Origin: a virus
DNA length: 39,912 bases
Direction: 5' to 3' (one strand)
IMG/VR virus record: IMGVR_UViG_3300045988_152201
Both the position numbers and the translations under genes were made by a program. A model generated the notes under the pieces. That model saw only the letters and a program-made list of their open reading frames with translations, had not been told where the DNA came from and ran no database searches. Positions 7,735-15,359 of the stretch are shown one piece after another. Position 1 is the first letter of the stretch; every line of letters begins with the position of its first letter.

Positions 7735-7810
7735 CGGGTTCGAACCGGGATCCCGCTCGCTTGCGGTGCTCTGTGCTCTGACCTGTTGAGCTATGCAGCC
7801 GGCTCGCCTG
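7735..7810 (-). tRNA. tRNA-like element 2 (irregular anticodon arm)
   Basis: On the minus strand: acceptor GGCTGCA/TGCAGTA (6 of 7 pairs, including one G:T wobble; 1:72 mismatch), D-arm GCTC-AACAGGTCA-GAGC, and T-arm CCCGG-TTCGAAC-CCGGG, total 76 nt. I could not find a 5-bp/7-nt anticodon stem-loop; the best is CCGC-AAGCGA-GCGG. Confidence 0.45.
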
Positions 7811-7889
7811 TCCTCCCGGACGTGCTTGCCGATAGCTGTTGCTTGATAACCTAAAAAAGCACCTTACAAAACTAAACTTGACTGAAACA

Positions 7890-8111
7890 CTAATGAATCT
7901 CGTTTTTGGGGAACAAGTCCTCGATTTTAATCCCTAACTTGTCCGATATCAGCTCCTTTTTGAGCTGGTCGGGTGTCCTTCGCTGGTACAGCCAGTGGCG
8001 GACTGTTATCGTCTTTACCCGGCACATGTCCGCAAGCTCCTTGATAAATTCCGTTTTAGGAGCTTTGACCACCCGCTCGGGCAACTTGTCGTAATACTCT
8101 TTTAATGTCAT
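7890..8111 (-). CDS. Small HTH regulator (Cro/antirepressor-like position)
   Basis: 73 aa. FIKELADMCRVKTITVRHWLYQRRTP is an HTH-like segment. It is the second gene of the early leftward operon. Confidence 0.55.
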   Translation of the reverse strand: MTLKEYYDKLPERVVKAPKTEFIKELADMCRVKTITVRHWLYQRRTPDQLKKELISDKLGIKIEDLFPKNEIH

Positions 8112-8243
8112 GTCTTTTAAATTTTAAATTCAGTCCCCGCCCCGGTCTCGCTCCAGGATGAAAGGCATGGTTACCTTTTGCGGGTTGTCAAGGAGTTGGC
8201 TGTTGCCTAAGGCAACACATATGTTAAAGCAATTATCACATAA

Positions 8244-8618
8244 TCAAAGGTCTTGCGGAATACGGATATCTCTCGGATGTGGTCTACGCAAAAGACGGCT
8301 GCGCCGCAACCATTTCGGGAGGCGATTGACGCACCCTTTTAAAAGCCGGGCGAGGATACCTCTCCTCTCCGGCAAAACCCATCCGAATGTCTTGCCCTTG
8401 ACCTTTGAGCCCAACGGGATGCACCCCATACTAAACAGCTCGACAGCCCGGAATATGTCCGGATTTTTAAGCGAACGGTCGTACTCCTCAAACGTGAGCC
8501 TGTCCGAATACTCGACTTCCCCATCATATAAAAACCTCCTGTCCACCTTGATGTCGTGCGGTTCGCCCGTCATCTCGATTTCCAATCGGTAGATATGTTT
8601 GCTATTTATTGTCTCCAT
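8244..8618 (-). CDS. Hypothetical early protein
   Basis: 124-aa ORF and the first gene downstream of the divergent promoter region. No recognisable motif. Confidence 0.6.
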   Translation of the reverse strand: METINSKHIYRLEIEMTGEPHDIKVDRRFLYDGEVEYSDRLTFEEYDRSLKNPDIFRAVELFSMGCIPLGSKVKGKTFGWVLPERRGILARLLKGCVNRLPKWLRRSRLLRRPHPRDIRIPQDL

Positions 8619-8782
8619 ATTCCATTTTTTACTTATATTTGCCGCAATAGTTTAATTGCTACAAGTGATTTAATTATTAATCACACTGCAAATATACAAG
8701 CAGTGATTGTTATATACAAGCAAATAACAATTTATTTTCTTCGATTTGATATTTATTAACATATAATACTTGTAATACGTAT
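8619..8782. promoter_or_regulatory. Divergent promoter/operator region (putative lysis-lysogeny switch)
   Basis: A 164-bp AT-rich gap lies between the divergent genes 8244..8618(-) and 8783..9241(+). The minus strand carries TATATTTG (Bacteroides -7 box, TAnnTTTG) within ACACTGCAAATATA (8683..8696). A palindrome AATCACACTGC-N-GCAGTGATT overlaps it (about 8679..8707). Confidence 0.55.
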
Positions 8783-9241
8783 ATGGAGGACAATAAAAAA
8801 GAAAAAATGCCTGTTGCTAATCAAAATGTGAAGAATCTTATAAATCAAACATTTAACGGCAATATAACCCAATTTGCAAGGCAAATAGGGATGTCACAAC
8901 AAAGGGTGGATAGATTGTTTAAAACAGACCCGAGAAGCGGGAAATATCCATCTGTGTCGGAAAAGATGAAAAACGCTATCAAGAAAACGTTTAATATAGA
9001 CGATTTTTGGTTTTTTATTGAGAATGCGATGTGCCCTGGCGTTATGGGAAACAGCGATGAAGACATATTCGGACCGCAAAATGATAATATAATACAAAGT
9101 GACAACGAAAGCAGCAAAGAAAAGGAGATTGAGCACTTGAAGGAATTGCTAAGGGCTAAGGACGAGCTAATAGCAAGCAAGGACAACCAGATAAGGCTGC
9201 TGGAGATGCTTGTAGGGAGAGGGAATGATAAAAAAGTTTAA
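8783..9241 (+). CDS. HTH DNA-binding protein, repressor-like
   Basis: 152 aa with an HTH segment ITQFARQIGMSQQRVDRLF and a C-terminal coiled coil. It is divergent from the early operon and on the same strand as the integrase. Confidence 0.6.
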   Translation: MEDNKKEKMPVANQNVKNLINQTFNGNITQFARQIGMSQQRVDRLFKTDPRSGKYPSVSEKMKNAIKKTFNIDDFWFFIENAMCPGVMGNSDEDIFGPQNDNIIQSDNESSKEKEIEHLKELLRAKDELIASKDNQIRLLEMLVGRGNDKKV

Positions 9242-9698
9242 ACTATTGCGAGGATATGAACCATCTTGCAAAGCTACCTGTTTTATATCGAAAAAAACGT
9301 GTATGATACTGGACAAGCTGGACAGGAGGAGACTCGTCAGGATGCGGAAGATAGCGAAGGTGTCGGTAGGGGTTTTGCCCGTCGTCGTCGCCTTGCTGAT
9401 GTGCGCCCATTGCGCCACGCTCCTCGCAGGCAGGCACTGGGCACTGGCAAGCCTCCTTTGCAAGCACGGCGTGCTCTTTTTTATCCTGATGATGGTGCTG
9501 TCATACAGCTACGACTTTTGTGCCCTGCACCGTATGTTTTGCATCTACGACTTTTTGGTCAGCCTCTGCATCTGGTGGCAATTGGAGGTGGGGTTCGGTC
9601 CCCTCCTGCCAGCCGCAAGAATCATCATGCTCATATTCGGGGCGGTCCTCTTTGCGGAGCTGTACGAGCACGGGGTAAAAAAGTTCCTCGGCTGTTGA
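9225..9698 (+). CDS. Multi-pass membrane protein (function unknown)
   Basis: 157-aa ORF with an alternative start at 9303 (MILDKLD…). It has several hydrophobic helices (VGVLPVVVALLMCAHCATLLAG, VLFFILMMVLSY, IIMLIFGAVLFAELY). It is expressed from the lysogeny strand, so superinfection exclusion is one possibility. Confidence 0.55.
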   Translation: MIKKFKLLRGYEPSCKATCFISKKTCMILDKLDRRRLVRMRKIAKVSVGVLPVVVALLMCAHCATLLAGRHWALASLLCKHGVLFFILMMVLSYSYDFCALHRMFCIYDFLVSLCIWWQLEVGFGPLLPAARIIMLIFGAVLFAELYEHGVKKFLGC

Positions 9699-9715
9699 CC
9701 CTCGTCCCGGTATCA

Positions 9716-9777
9716 AAAAAGGTAATAAGCTTTCCCCAAAAAGGTAGTAAGCTTTTGGAAAAAGGTAATAAGCTTTT
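9716..9777 (+). repeat. Three tandem direct repeats AAAAAGGTA(A/G)TAAGCTTT (putative arm-type or Xis binding sites)
   Basis: Copies start at 9716, 9738 and 9759 (21-22-bp spacing). They lie about 130 bp upstream of the tRNA-fragment core and upstream of the integrase gene. Confidence 0.6.
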
Positions 9778-9889
9778 GGACGGAATCACCATAAAAACAA
9801 CCCGAAATATCGCAAAATTGTTGCAAATGAAAATAACCGACCTTGCAAAAAGCTATGAATCAGATATTTAAATGGCTCGACAATTAGTC

Positions 9890-9932
9890 TGGGGGGCGCG
9901 TGGTCGCTGGTTCGAATCCAGTCATCCCGACA
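9890..9932 (+). other. tRNA 3'-end fragment, putative attP core
   Basis: GCTGG-TTCGAAT-CCAGT T-arm (9906..9922) followed by the acceptor-like CATCCCG-A. No matching 5' acceptor, D-arm or anticodon arm lies upstream. It sits 150 bp upstream of the integrase. Confidence 0.55.
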
Positions 9933-10081
9933 AAACGCTAAACGCTGATAATCAACGAGTTATTAAATATATAATTCGTTGATTATTTTTGTTTAAGGTG
10001 GTTTTTGCCCGGTTTTCCCCTGTTTTTTGGGGTTTTTGGACGTGATTTTGTTGCAAATTTGTTGCAAATAATTTTATAGCT

Positions 10082-11284
10082 ATGTCTTACGAAAAACTTA
10101 TACTTGACAAACGCAGGGCAAATAAGGAGGGCAAGTACCCTGTCAAGATTTACATCAGACACAAAGGGGTCATTTTGATCTCCACATCAATCTATGCCCC
10201 CGAGGAAAATTTTAAAGGGGGGCTGCTCTCTAAACGTGAGCCTGATTACAAACCCAAAAACATCATGCTCGCAAACCTGCTGACTACTGCGATGACGGAG
10301 GTCGCACTCTTGGACTCGTCCGGGCGGTTGCGCATGATGACGGACAAGCAACTCAAGGATCATCTGACAGGCATCCTGTTTGGGTCAAAAGATTGCGATA
10401 AAAGCAAAATAATTGGTGTATTTGACGATTTTGTCGCATCCAAAATCAATAAAAGGACGCAGGAAATTTACATATCAACACGCAACAGGCTGTGCAGGTA
10501 TGACGAGGGCTGCACGTTTGACGCTGTAGACAAAAGATGGCTTGAGCTATTTGACAAGTCGATGGCGGAGGACGGGCTTAAAATCAATGCAAGGGGGTTG
10601 CACATGCGAAACTTGAGAGCTGTCTTTAACTATGCGATAGACAACGACATAACAAACAACTATCCCTTTAGGCGGTTTAGGATAAAAAAGGAGGAGGCAA
10701 TGAAAAGGTCGTTGACGGTAGGACAGCTCCGGGAACTGAAGGAAATGGAAGTGGAGGACTATCAAGAGCAATACAGGGATTTATTTTTACTTGTCTTTTA
10801 TCTTATTGGTATAAATATCGGCAACCTGCTGACGCTCAAAAAAACGGACGTGAGAAACGGGCGGATTGATTATTACCGCAACAAAACAAACAAGCTTATA
10901 TCCGTCAAGATACAGTCGGAAGCGGCGGAGATAATCGAAAGGTATGCCGGGAGAGGAGACTACTTGCTCAACGTGATGGACCGCTACAGCGATTACCGTA
11001 ACTTTGCAAAACGAATGAACATGGCATTGGGTAAAATCGGGATATGCGAGGTAGGGAAGCAAGGGAAGAAAACCATAAAGCCGGCATTTGACGGGCTCAC
11101 GACCTACTGGGCAAGGCACACATGGGCGACCATTGCGGCAAGCCTCGACATACCTAAAGAGACCATTGCCCATGCCCTGTCGCACTCGTTTAACACAGTG
11201 ACGGACGTCTATATCAAGTTTGACGGCAGGAAGGTGGATGATGCTAACAGGAGGGTAATTGACTATGTTTTGCACAACAAATAA
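10082..11284 (+). CDS. int: Tyrosine integrase, Bacteroidetes type with N-terminal Arm DNA-binding domain
   Basis: 400 aa. The N-terminus DKRRANKEGKYPVKIYIRHKG is Arm-domain-like. The C-terminal catalytic motifs are WARHTWAT and HALSH…VTDVYIKF. Confidence 0.88.
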   Translation: MSYEKLILDKRRANKEGKYPVKIYIRHKGVILISTSIYAPEENFKGGLLSKREPDYKPKNIMLANLLTTAMTEVALLDSSGRLRMMTDKQLKDHLTGILFGSKDCDKSKIIGVFDDFVASKINKRTQEIYISTRNRLCRYDEGCTFDAVDKRWLELFDKSMAEDGLKINARGLHMRNLRAVFNYAIDNDITNNYPFRRFRIKKEEAMKRSLTVGQLRELKEMEVEDYQEQYRDLFLLVFYLIGINIGNLLTLKKTDVRNGRIDYYRNKTNKLISVKIQSEAAEIIERYAGRGDYLLNVMDRYSDYRNFAKRMNMALGKIGICEVGKQGKKTIKPAFDGLTTYWARHTWATIAASLDIPKETIAHALSHSFNTVTDVYIKFDGRKVDDANRRVIDYVLHNK

Positions 11285-11286
11285 AT

Positions 11287-11310
11287 AAGCCCGGGTTAAT
11301 CCGGGCTTTT
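11287..11310. terminator. Bidirectional Rho-independent terminator hairpin
   Basis: AAGCCCGG-gttaat-CCGGGCTT followed by TT. It lies between the convergent integrase stop (11284) and the stop of the minus-strand cassette (11313). Confidence 0.6.
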
Positions 11311-11312
11311 AC

Positions 11313-11477
11313 TTATGCGTTACGGATACACTCATTTATGTATTCCGTCTTGTTTCCTACCTCCTCAAGCTTGCGCAGGACATCAACGTCAGCCCGGAAA
11401 GCCACTATCTTCCGGTCGGATTTCGGGCGACCTGCGCCCTCCCTCCTGCCTCCTCTATTGCTCTTTTTACCCTCCAT
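11313..11477 (-). CDS. Small basic protein, ribbon-helix-helix-like (54 aa)
   Basis: Hand-translated MEGKKSNRGGRREGAGRPKSDRKIVAFRADVDVLRKLEEVGNKTEYINECIRNA. The GRPK…beta-strand…helix pattern is typical of CopG/RHH-type proteins. It is below the ORF-track cut-off. Confidence 0.45.
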   Translation of the reverse strand: MEGKKSNRGGRREGAGRPKSDRKIVAFRADVDVLRKLEEVGNKTEYINECIRNA

Positions 11478-11481
11478 TTTT

Positions 11482-11718
11482 TTAATCTCTAATGATATCA
11501 GTCAATTTGTTTACAAGTATGCCACAAGCTACAAACAAGCTGTTAGCAGTCTGACGTATGCTCATCATCTCTGCGACAACGTCAGCGTCTTGCTCTCCAT
11601 CGTGCTTAGGATAAGCCAAATCCATCATGTCGAGGCTATGATGGCTTATAAGGTCGTTGATTAACTCGTAAGCCCTTTCAGCTTCGGTTTTTACGTCTGT
11701 CAAGTTTTTTGTTGTCAT
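11482..11718 (-). CDS. Hypothetical protein (78 aa from the internal start)
   Basis: The ORF-track frame is 11482..11871. The ATG at 11718 (MTTKNLTDVK…) avoids an 86-nt overlap with the upstream gene. Helical and acidic, with no recognisable motif. Confidence 0.5.
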   Translation of the reverse strand: MTTKNLTDVKTEAERAYELINDLISHHSLDMMDLAYPKHDGEQDADVVAEMMSIRQTANSLFVACGILVNKLTDIIRD

Positions 11719-11785
11719 AATTGTTGACTTAACCGTGATGTCGAGGGCTGAAAATAATCTATAAACCAGTGAAAAATCTCCGATG

Positions 11786-12376
11786 CTAAAACGAGTAAAT
11801 TCCATTACCGAGGAGACGGGGAATGATTTCAGCGTCAAGAATGCTATCGTAATCCTGGAGGTGGGCACCAAAATCTTTCTGCAACTTCGCTACTGCCATT
11901 TCATATGCCTCCTCGCCATTCTCGGCATAGCCTTCGTATTTATAATATTTATAGGAAAAATTGACGGTTGCATAAAGGCAGACGGTAAAGAAACCCTTTG
12001 GCATCGCTGCCAGCTTCTTGCGGCGCTCGTTGATTTCCCGGGCAATACGCTGCTTCTCCTGGATCTCCTCATCCTGCTTGCGCTTGCGGTCTGCCGCCTC
12101 CTTTGCTATGATAGCCTTCTCACACTCCTCGGGAGTATCAGCAAGGGCGGGGTAACAATAAATGTAAGATGATGGGCTGCAACCTGTAGTCTGCAATTTT
12201 CTACCCGCCTGCTCGTCCTGATAAATCTTTTTCAGGATGGCGTAAACGTTGTAGTTAATCTCCAGCTTTCTGCCGCCCGGCTCGTTCTTGTCGGTCAGGC
12301 TATTGATAAACTTCTCAGCTTCCTCTGCTGAGTCAATAATAACTTTCTTGTCGAAATATACAAAAAACTTCTTCAT
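11786..12376 (-). CDS. Hypothetical protein
   Basis: 196-aa ORF with a central K/E/R-rich helix. It lies in the AT-richer accessory cassette. Confidence 0.6.
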   Translation of the reverse strand: MKKFFVYFDKKVIIDSAEEAEKFINSLTDKNEPGGRKLEINYNVYAILKKIYQDEQAGRKLQTTGCSPSSYIYCYPALADTPEECEKAIIAKEAADRKRKQDEEIQEKQRIAREINERRKKLAAMPKGFFTVCLYATVNFSYKYYKYEGYAENGEEAYEMAVAKLQKDFGAHLQDYDSILDAEIIPRLLGNGIYSF

Positions 12377-12421
12377 ATTGTCTGCGCTTCACCGTGATGC
12401 GCCTAGGGCTGGATAGTTCTT

Positions 12422-12862
12422 CTACAAATCTTTCGTTGCTTCAAGAGACTTCTCTATCGCTTCTGCCTTATTCTGCTCTATCTTCCCCAACTCCTCTATA
12501 ATGGCGGCAGCATTATTCAGGAAGTTAAGCGCATGCTCGTTGGAGCATGGGAATGCGAAAAAATTCCTCATTGAATCCTCATCTGTACATGAAACGCGAT
12601 CTTCCATATTTGAGTTGATTGCTCGATATTCTTCATAAGGGCAGGAATCTTCTTCTTTTTCCGGTGTACGTATATACAAATAGCCTTTTAAGGAAAAGAT
12701 ATTCATACCATTCACGCAGATTCCTTTTCTCTTTCCGCTTAGGTTAAGGTCTACCATTTTGTTAGCAATGGCATCCTCTACCATGTCGCACTTTTCCCTT
12801 AAAGACTTAGTTAATTTAATATAGTCTTGCCGTGCTAAAATCTTATTTAAATCTGTTGTCAT
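12422..12862 (-). CDS. Hypothetical protein
   Basis: 146-aa ORF, the first gene after the promoter at 12888..12901. No recognisable motif. Confidence 0.6.
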   Translation of the reverse strand: MTTDLNKILARQDYIKLTKSLREKCDMVEDAIANKMVDLNLSGKRKGICVNGMNIFSLKGYLYIRTPEKEEDSCPYEEYRAINSNMEDRVSCTDEDSMRNFFAFPCSNEHALNFLNNAAAIIEELGKIEQNKAEAIEKSLEATKDL

Positions 12863-12887
12863 GATTGTATTTGTTTTTTTTATTATT

Positions 12888-12901
12888 ACACTGCAAATAT
12901 A
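12888..12901 (-). promoter_or_regulatory. Bacteroides-type -7 promoter box within a 14-bp motif shared with the early promoter
   Basis: The minus strand reads TATATTTGCAGTGT, with TAnnTTTG satisfied. This is identical to 8683..8696. It lies 26 nt upstream of the ATG at 12862. Confidence 0.5.
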
Positions 12902-13102
12902 ATATTAATATTTGATATACGTATAACAACAATAAAATAAATTCATGCTTTTAAGTTTTATTAAATCATTCGGGGCTAATGCTGAAATAGTATTAAATAT
13001 TATAGCAAACAAGTACAATGTATAATATATGTTGTTATATTTGTGTCGTCAGAAATGGCAAGTCAGCCTCACGGCTGTGGATTGAAACGAAATCAAACCA
13101 GA

Positions 13103-13124
13103 AAGGGCGGGGAAACCCGCCCTT
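13103..13124 (-). terminator. Rho-independent terminator
   Basis: AAGGGCGGG-gaaa-CCCGCCCTT 9-bp stem. On the minus strand it is followed by TTCTGGTTTGATTT. It lies 4 nt downstream of the stop of 13128..13469. Confidence 0.7.
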
Positions 13125-13127
13125 TGT

Positions 13128-13469
13128 TTATCTTTGTTGCATGCACCGCATGTAAATCCAAACCTTATTTTCCGGCGCATCCTCGTCGGCAAAATAAAAG
13201 GCGTGCGAAGCCCTTAATACGAGCTCGTCCGTCAATACACGGCAAAAGTCGGCATATCCGGCATTAAAGGCTACGTATTTGTCCCAGTCCGTCACGCCTT
13301 CCCGGAACTTCATCCCGTTTGTCGCATCCATCACCTGTTCTTTCGTCCAGTGTGCGCCTTCCCTCTTCTGCCCGTCACGGTCTGTGTAACAAATCCGTGA
13401 TACGGCTTTCTTCGCCTCCGCCTCGTCAAAATGGCGGCATCTCCCTTTTAATACGATAAATAGACCCAT
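13128..13469 (-). CDS. Hypothetical protein
   Basis: 113-aa ORF, tightly packed behind 13474..13950. Confidence 0.6.
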   Translation of the reverse strand: MGLFIVLKGRCRHFDEAEAKKAVSRICYTDRDGQKREGAHWTKEQVMDATNGMKFREGVTDWDKYVAFNAGYADFCRVLTDELVLRASHAFYFADEDAPENKVWIYMRCMQQR

Positions 13470-13473
13470 GGTT

Positions 13474-13950
13474 TTACTTTTTAAATTCCGACAAAAAGGA
13501 GGACAGCATGTCGCTTATCTTGTCCACCTTGCTTTCCAATCCTGTTATCCTCTCTTCCTGTTTCTTTCGCTCCGCAAAAGCCGGATTCCAATCCTGCAAA
13601 ATTTTGTCGCAGCTCTCGATTGTCGCTTTGTGCTTGTCGATGGAGTTGACGATGTCAACGCTCTTGCCTTTAAGAGCCTCCACCTCCCTCAATATGCCCT
13701 CACGGTCTGTGGACAGCACCAAGTCGCCCGCATAAGTGACACTGAGGGATTCGGGTATGGCATATTGCCGTGACACCCCTTCCGTCTCGATCGTGATGTC
13801 AACGACTATCTGCGTCTGCTGTATGCCCTGCATCTGCATGTACCGTGGACCGGACACGCCCACTACCTTGCCTGTCACGGCTTCCATCTTTCCCCGGTCG
13901 AGCATATAGACCGGATAGCCGCTTTTGATGTCTTTAAATATCATAATCAT
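13474..13950 (-). CDS. Hypothetical protein
   Basis: 158-aa ORF with a C-terminal coiled coil. Confidence 0.6.
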   Translation of the reverse strand: MIMIFKDIKSGYPVYMLDRGKMEAVTGKVVGVSGPRYMQMQGIQQTQIVVDITIETEGVSRQYAIPESLSVTYAGDLVLSTDREGILREVEALKGKSVDIVNSIDKHKATIESCDKILQDWNPAFAERKKQEERITGLESKVDKISDMLSSFLSEFKK

Positions 13951-14015
13951 TGTTTTTAAATCCTATAAAAAGAGGAGAGGCAATCCCCTCCTCGTAGCCG
14001 GTAATCCGCATTTTG

Positions 14016-14819
14016 TCAAGCGGTGGTCGTTTTCGCAGGCGCAAGAACCGAAATCAATGCGGCGTTCTGCCGTTGCTGCGACAACTCCAGTTCGGCACGG
14101 TTCAACCGCAATTGCAAGTCCTCCTGCCAGTGGCTGTTAAGAGTGTCGATGATGCGCTGCGTGTTGGCATTTGCGTTGGTCTTCAAGTCGCAGGTCATGG
14201 ACGACAACTGGAATCCGATGTTGCTGAATCCCCTCTCAATGCCTGTGTTAGTGTAGGCGAATCCCTGTTGTATGCCGTTGATGATGTCCTTTTGCCCGAG
14301 CTGGTTCTCGTAACCCATCCGTATGATGTTTTGTTGGGTTTGGCAGCAGCAGTCCTTCAACTGCTGGACGATGTTCATGTCCCCGAGGTTCACCGCATTG
14401 ATGACACGCTCTGCAGAGCATCCCACCTTGCCTCCGACCTGCTGGATGGCTGCCTGTACGGCGCACACGCCGCTCTGCAATTGGTTGAAATCGCAGTTAA
14501 GGTTGCCTGCAAGCTGTCCTAATGCGGTCGTGTTCCCCTTGATGGCGTCCATCAACAGGTTGGTGTTGTTGCCGTCTTGGAGTTGCGTGCTGAGCTGATT
14601 CAGCTTGGATTGAATTTCGGCATCCTGTAACTGGTTTCCACGGTTTCCCCAGCCGAAGCCACCGTTGCCGAACATGGCCATAAACATGATGTAAGCAAAC
14701 GGATTGTTCATCCATTGGTTCATGGCGTTGTCGTCTCTGTTTGCGTTCGCCATAGCCGCATAGGCCAATGCGTCGTTGCTCCGTCCTCCGTCACAACAAA
14801 TAATCTTTTCCGCTTCCAT
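14016..14819 (-). CDS. Q/N/G- and Cys-rich hypothetical protein
   Basis: 267 aa with IICCDGG, FGNGGFGWGNRGNQ and DCCCQTQQ, plus many Q/N-rich helices. The biased composition leaves several shadow frames open. Confidence 0.6.
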   Translation of the reverse strand: MEAEKIICCDGGRSNDALAYAAMANANRDDNAMNQWMNNPFAYIMFMAMFGNGGFGWGNRGNQLQDAEIQSKLNQLSTQLQDGNNTNLLMDAIKGNTTALGQLAGNLNCDFNQLQSGVCAVQAAIQQVGGKVGCSAERVINAVNLGDMNIVQQLKDCCCQTQQNIIRMGYENQLGQKDIINGIQQGFAYTNTGIERGFSNIGFQLSSMTCDLKTNANANTQRIIDTLNSHWQEDLQLRLNRAELELSQQRQNAALISVLAPAKTTTA

Positions 14820-14898
14820 ATTTTTTGATAATTAAGAATTACGGCCAATATCGACCGCATTACAAAGTTGGAAAATACGGGATTGATATGTAAATTAT

Positions 14899-15195
14899 TC
14901 ATTGCGAGTGCGTTGCTACCTTGTTTCTCGCATTCCTGAACGCCATTAACAGGTAGAAGCTATGCTCTATCCGCTCCGGGTATATGTTTTTGAGCCTGTT
15001 GACAGCCTGCCTCGTCAATCCTGTCAGTGCGCTTATCAGCCCGTCCGGGATGCGCTTTGCCAGCAGGCACACAATCAATCCCCTTGCGTCCACGCACCTC
15101 TCCCTGTTTGTCGAAAAAGCCGCCACGGGGTCCAATTCCAGTTCCTCGCACACGGCTTCAACCACTTCTTTGTAAAATCTTCGCACTTCCTTCAT
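14899..15195 (-). CDS. Hypothetical protein with possible HTH (DnaA-domain-IV-like)
   Basis: 98 aa. NRERCVDARGLIVCLLAKRIPDGLISALTGLTRQAVNRL resembles DnaA C-terminal-type HTH domains. Confidence 0.5.
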   Translation of the reverse strand: MKEVRRFYKEVVEAVCEELELDPVAAFSTNRERCVDARGLIVCLLAKRIPDGLISALTGLTRQAVNRLKNIYPERIEHSFYLLMAFRNARNKVATHSQ

Positions 15196-15223
15196 TTTTT
15201 TAACACTCTCTTGTGAACAAAAA

Positions 15224-15276
15224 GGGCTGCGCCCCTGTTTTTAAGGTAAAAGCCCCTGAAACAGATTGCGCAGCCC
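15224..15276 (-). terminator. Rho-independent terminator after the lysis cassette
   Basis: On the minus strand, GGGCTGCGC…GCGCAGCCC forms a 9-bp outer stem with inner CTGTTT/AAACAG pairing, followed by TTTTTGTTC. Confidence 0.55.
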
Positions 15277-15359
15277 ATATCCTCTGCAAAAGAATGTCGC
15301 CTTGTGGATTTGCGGACGGGGCATCTTTTTGTCGCCCCTCTCCATATATTTCCCTCCTG

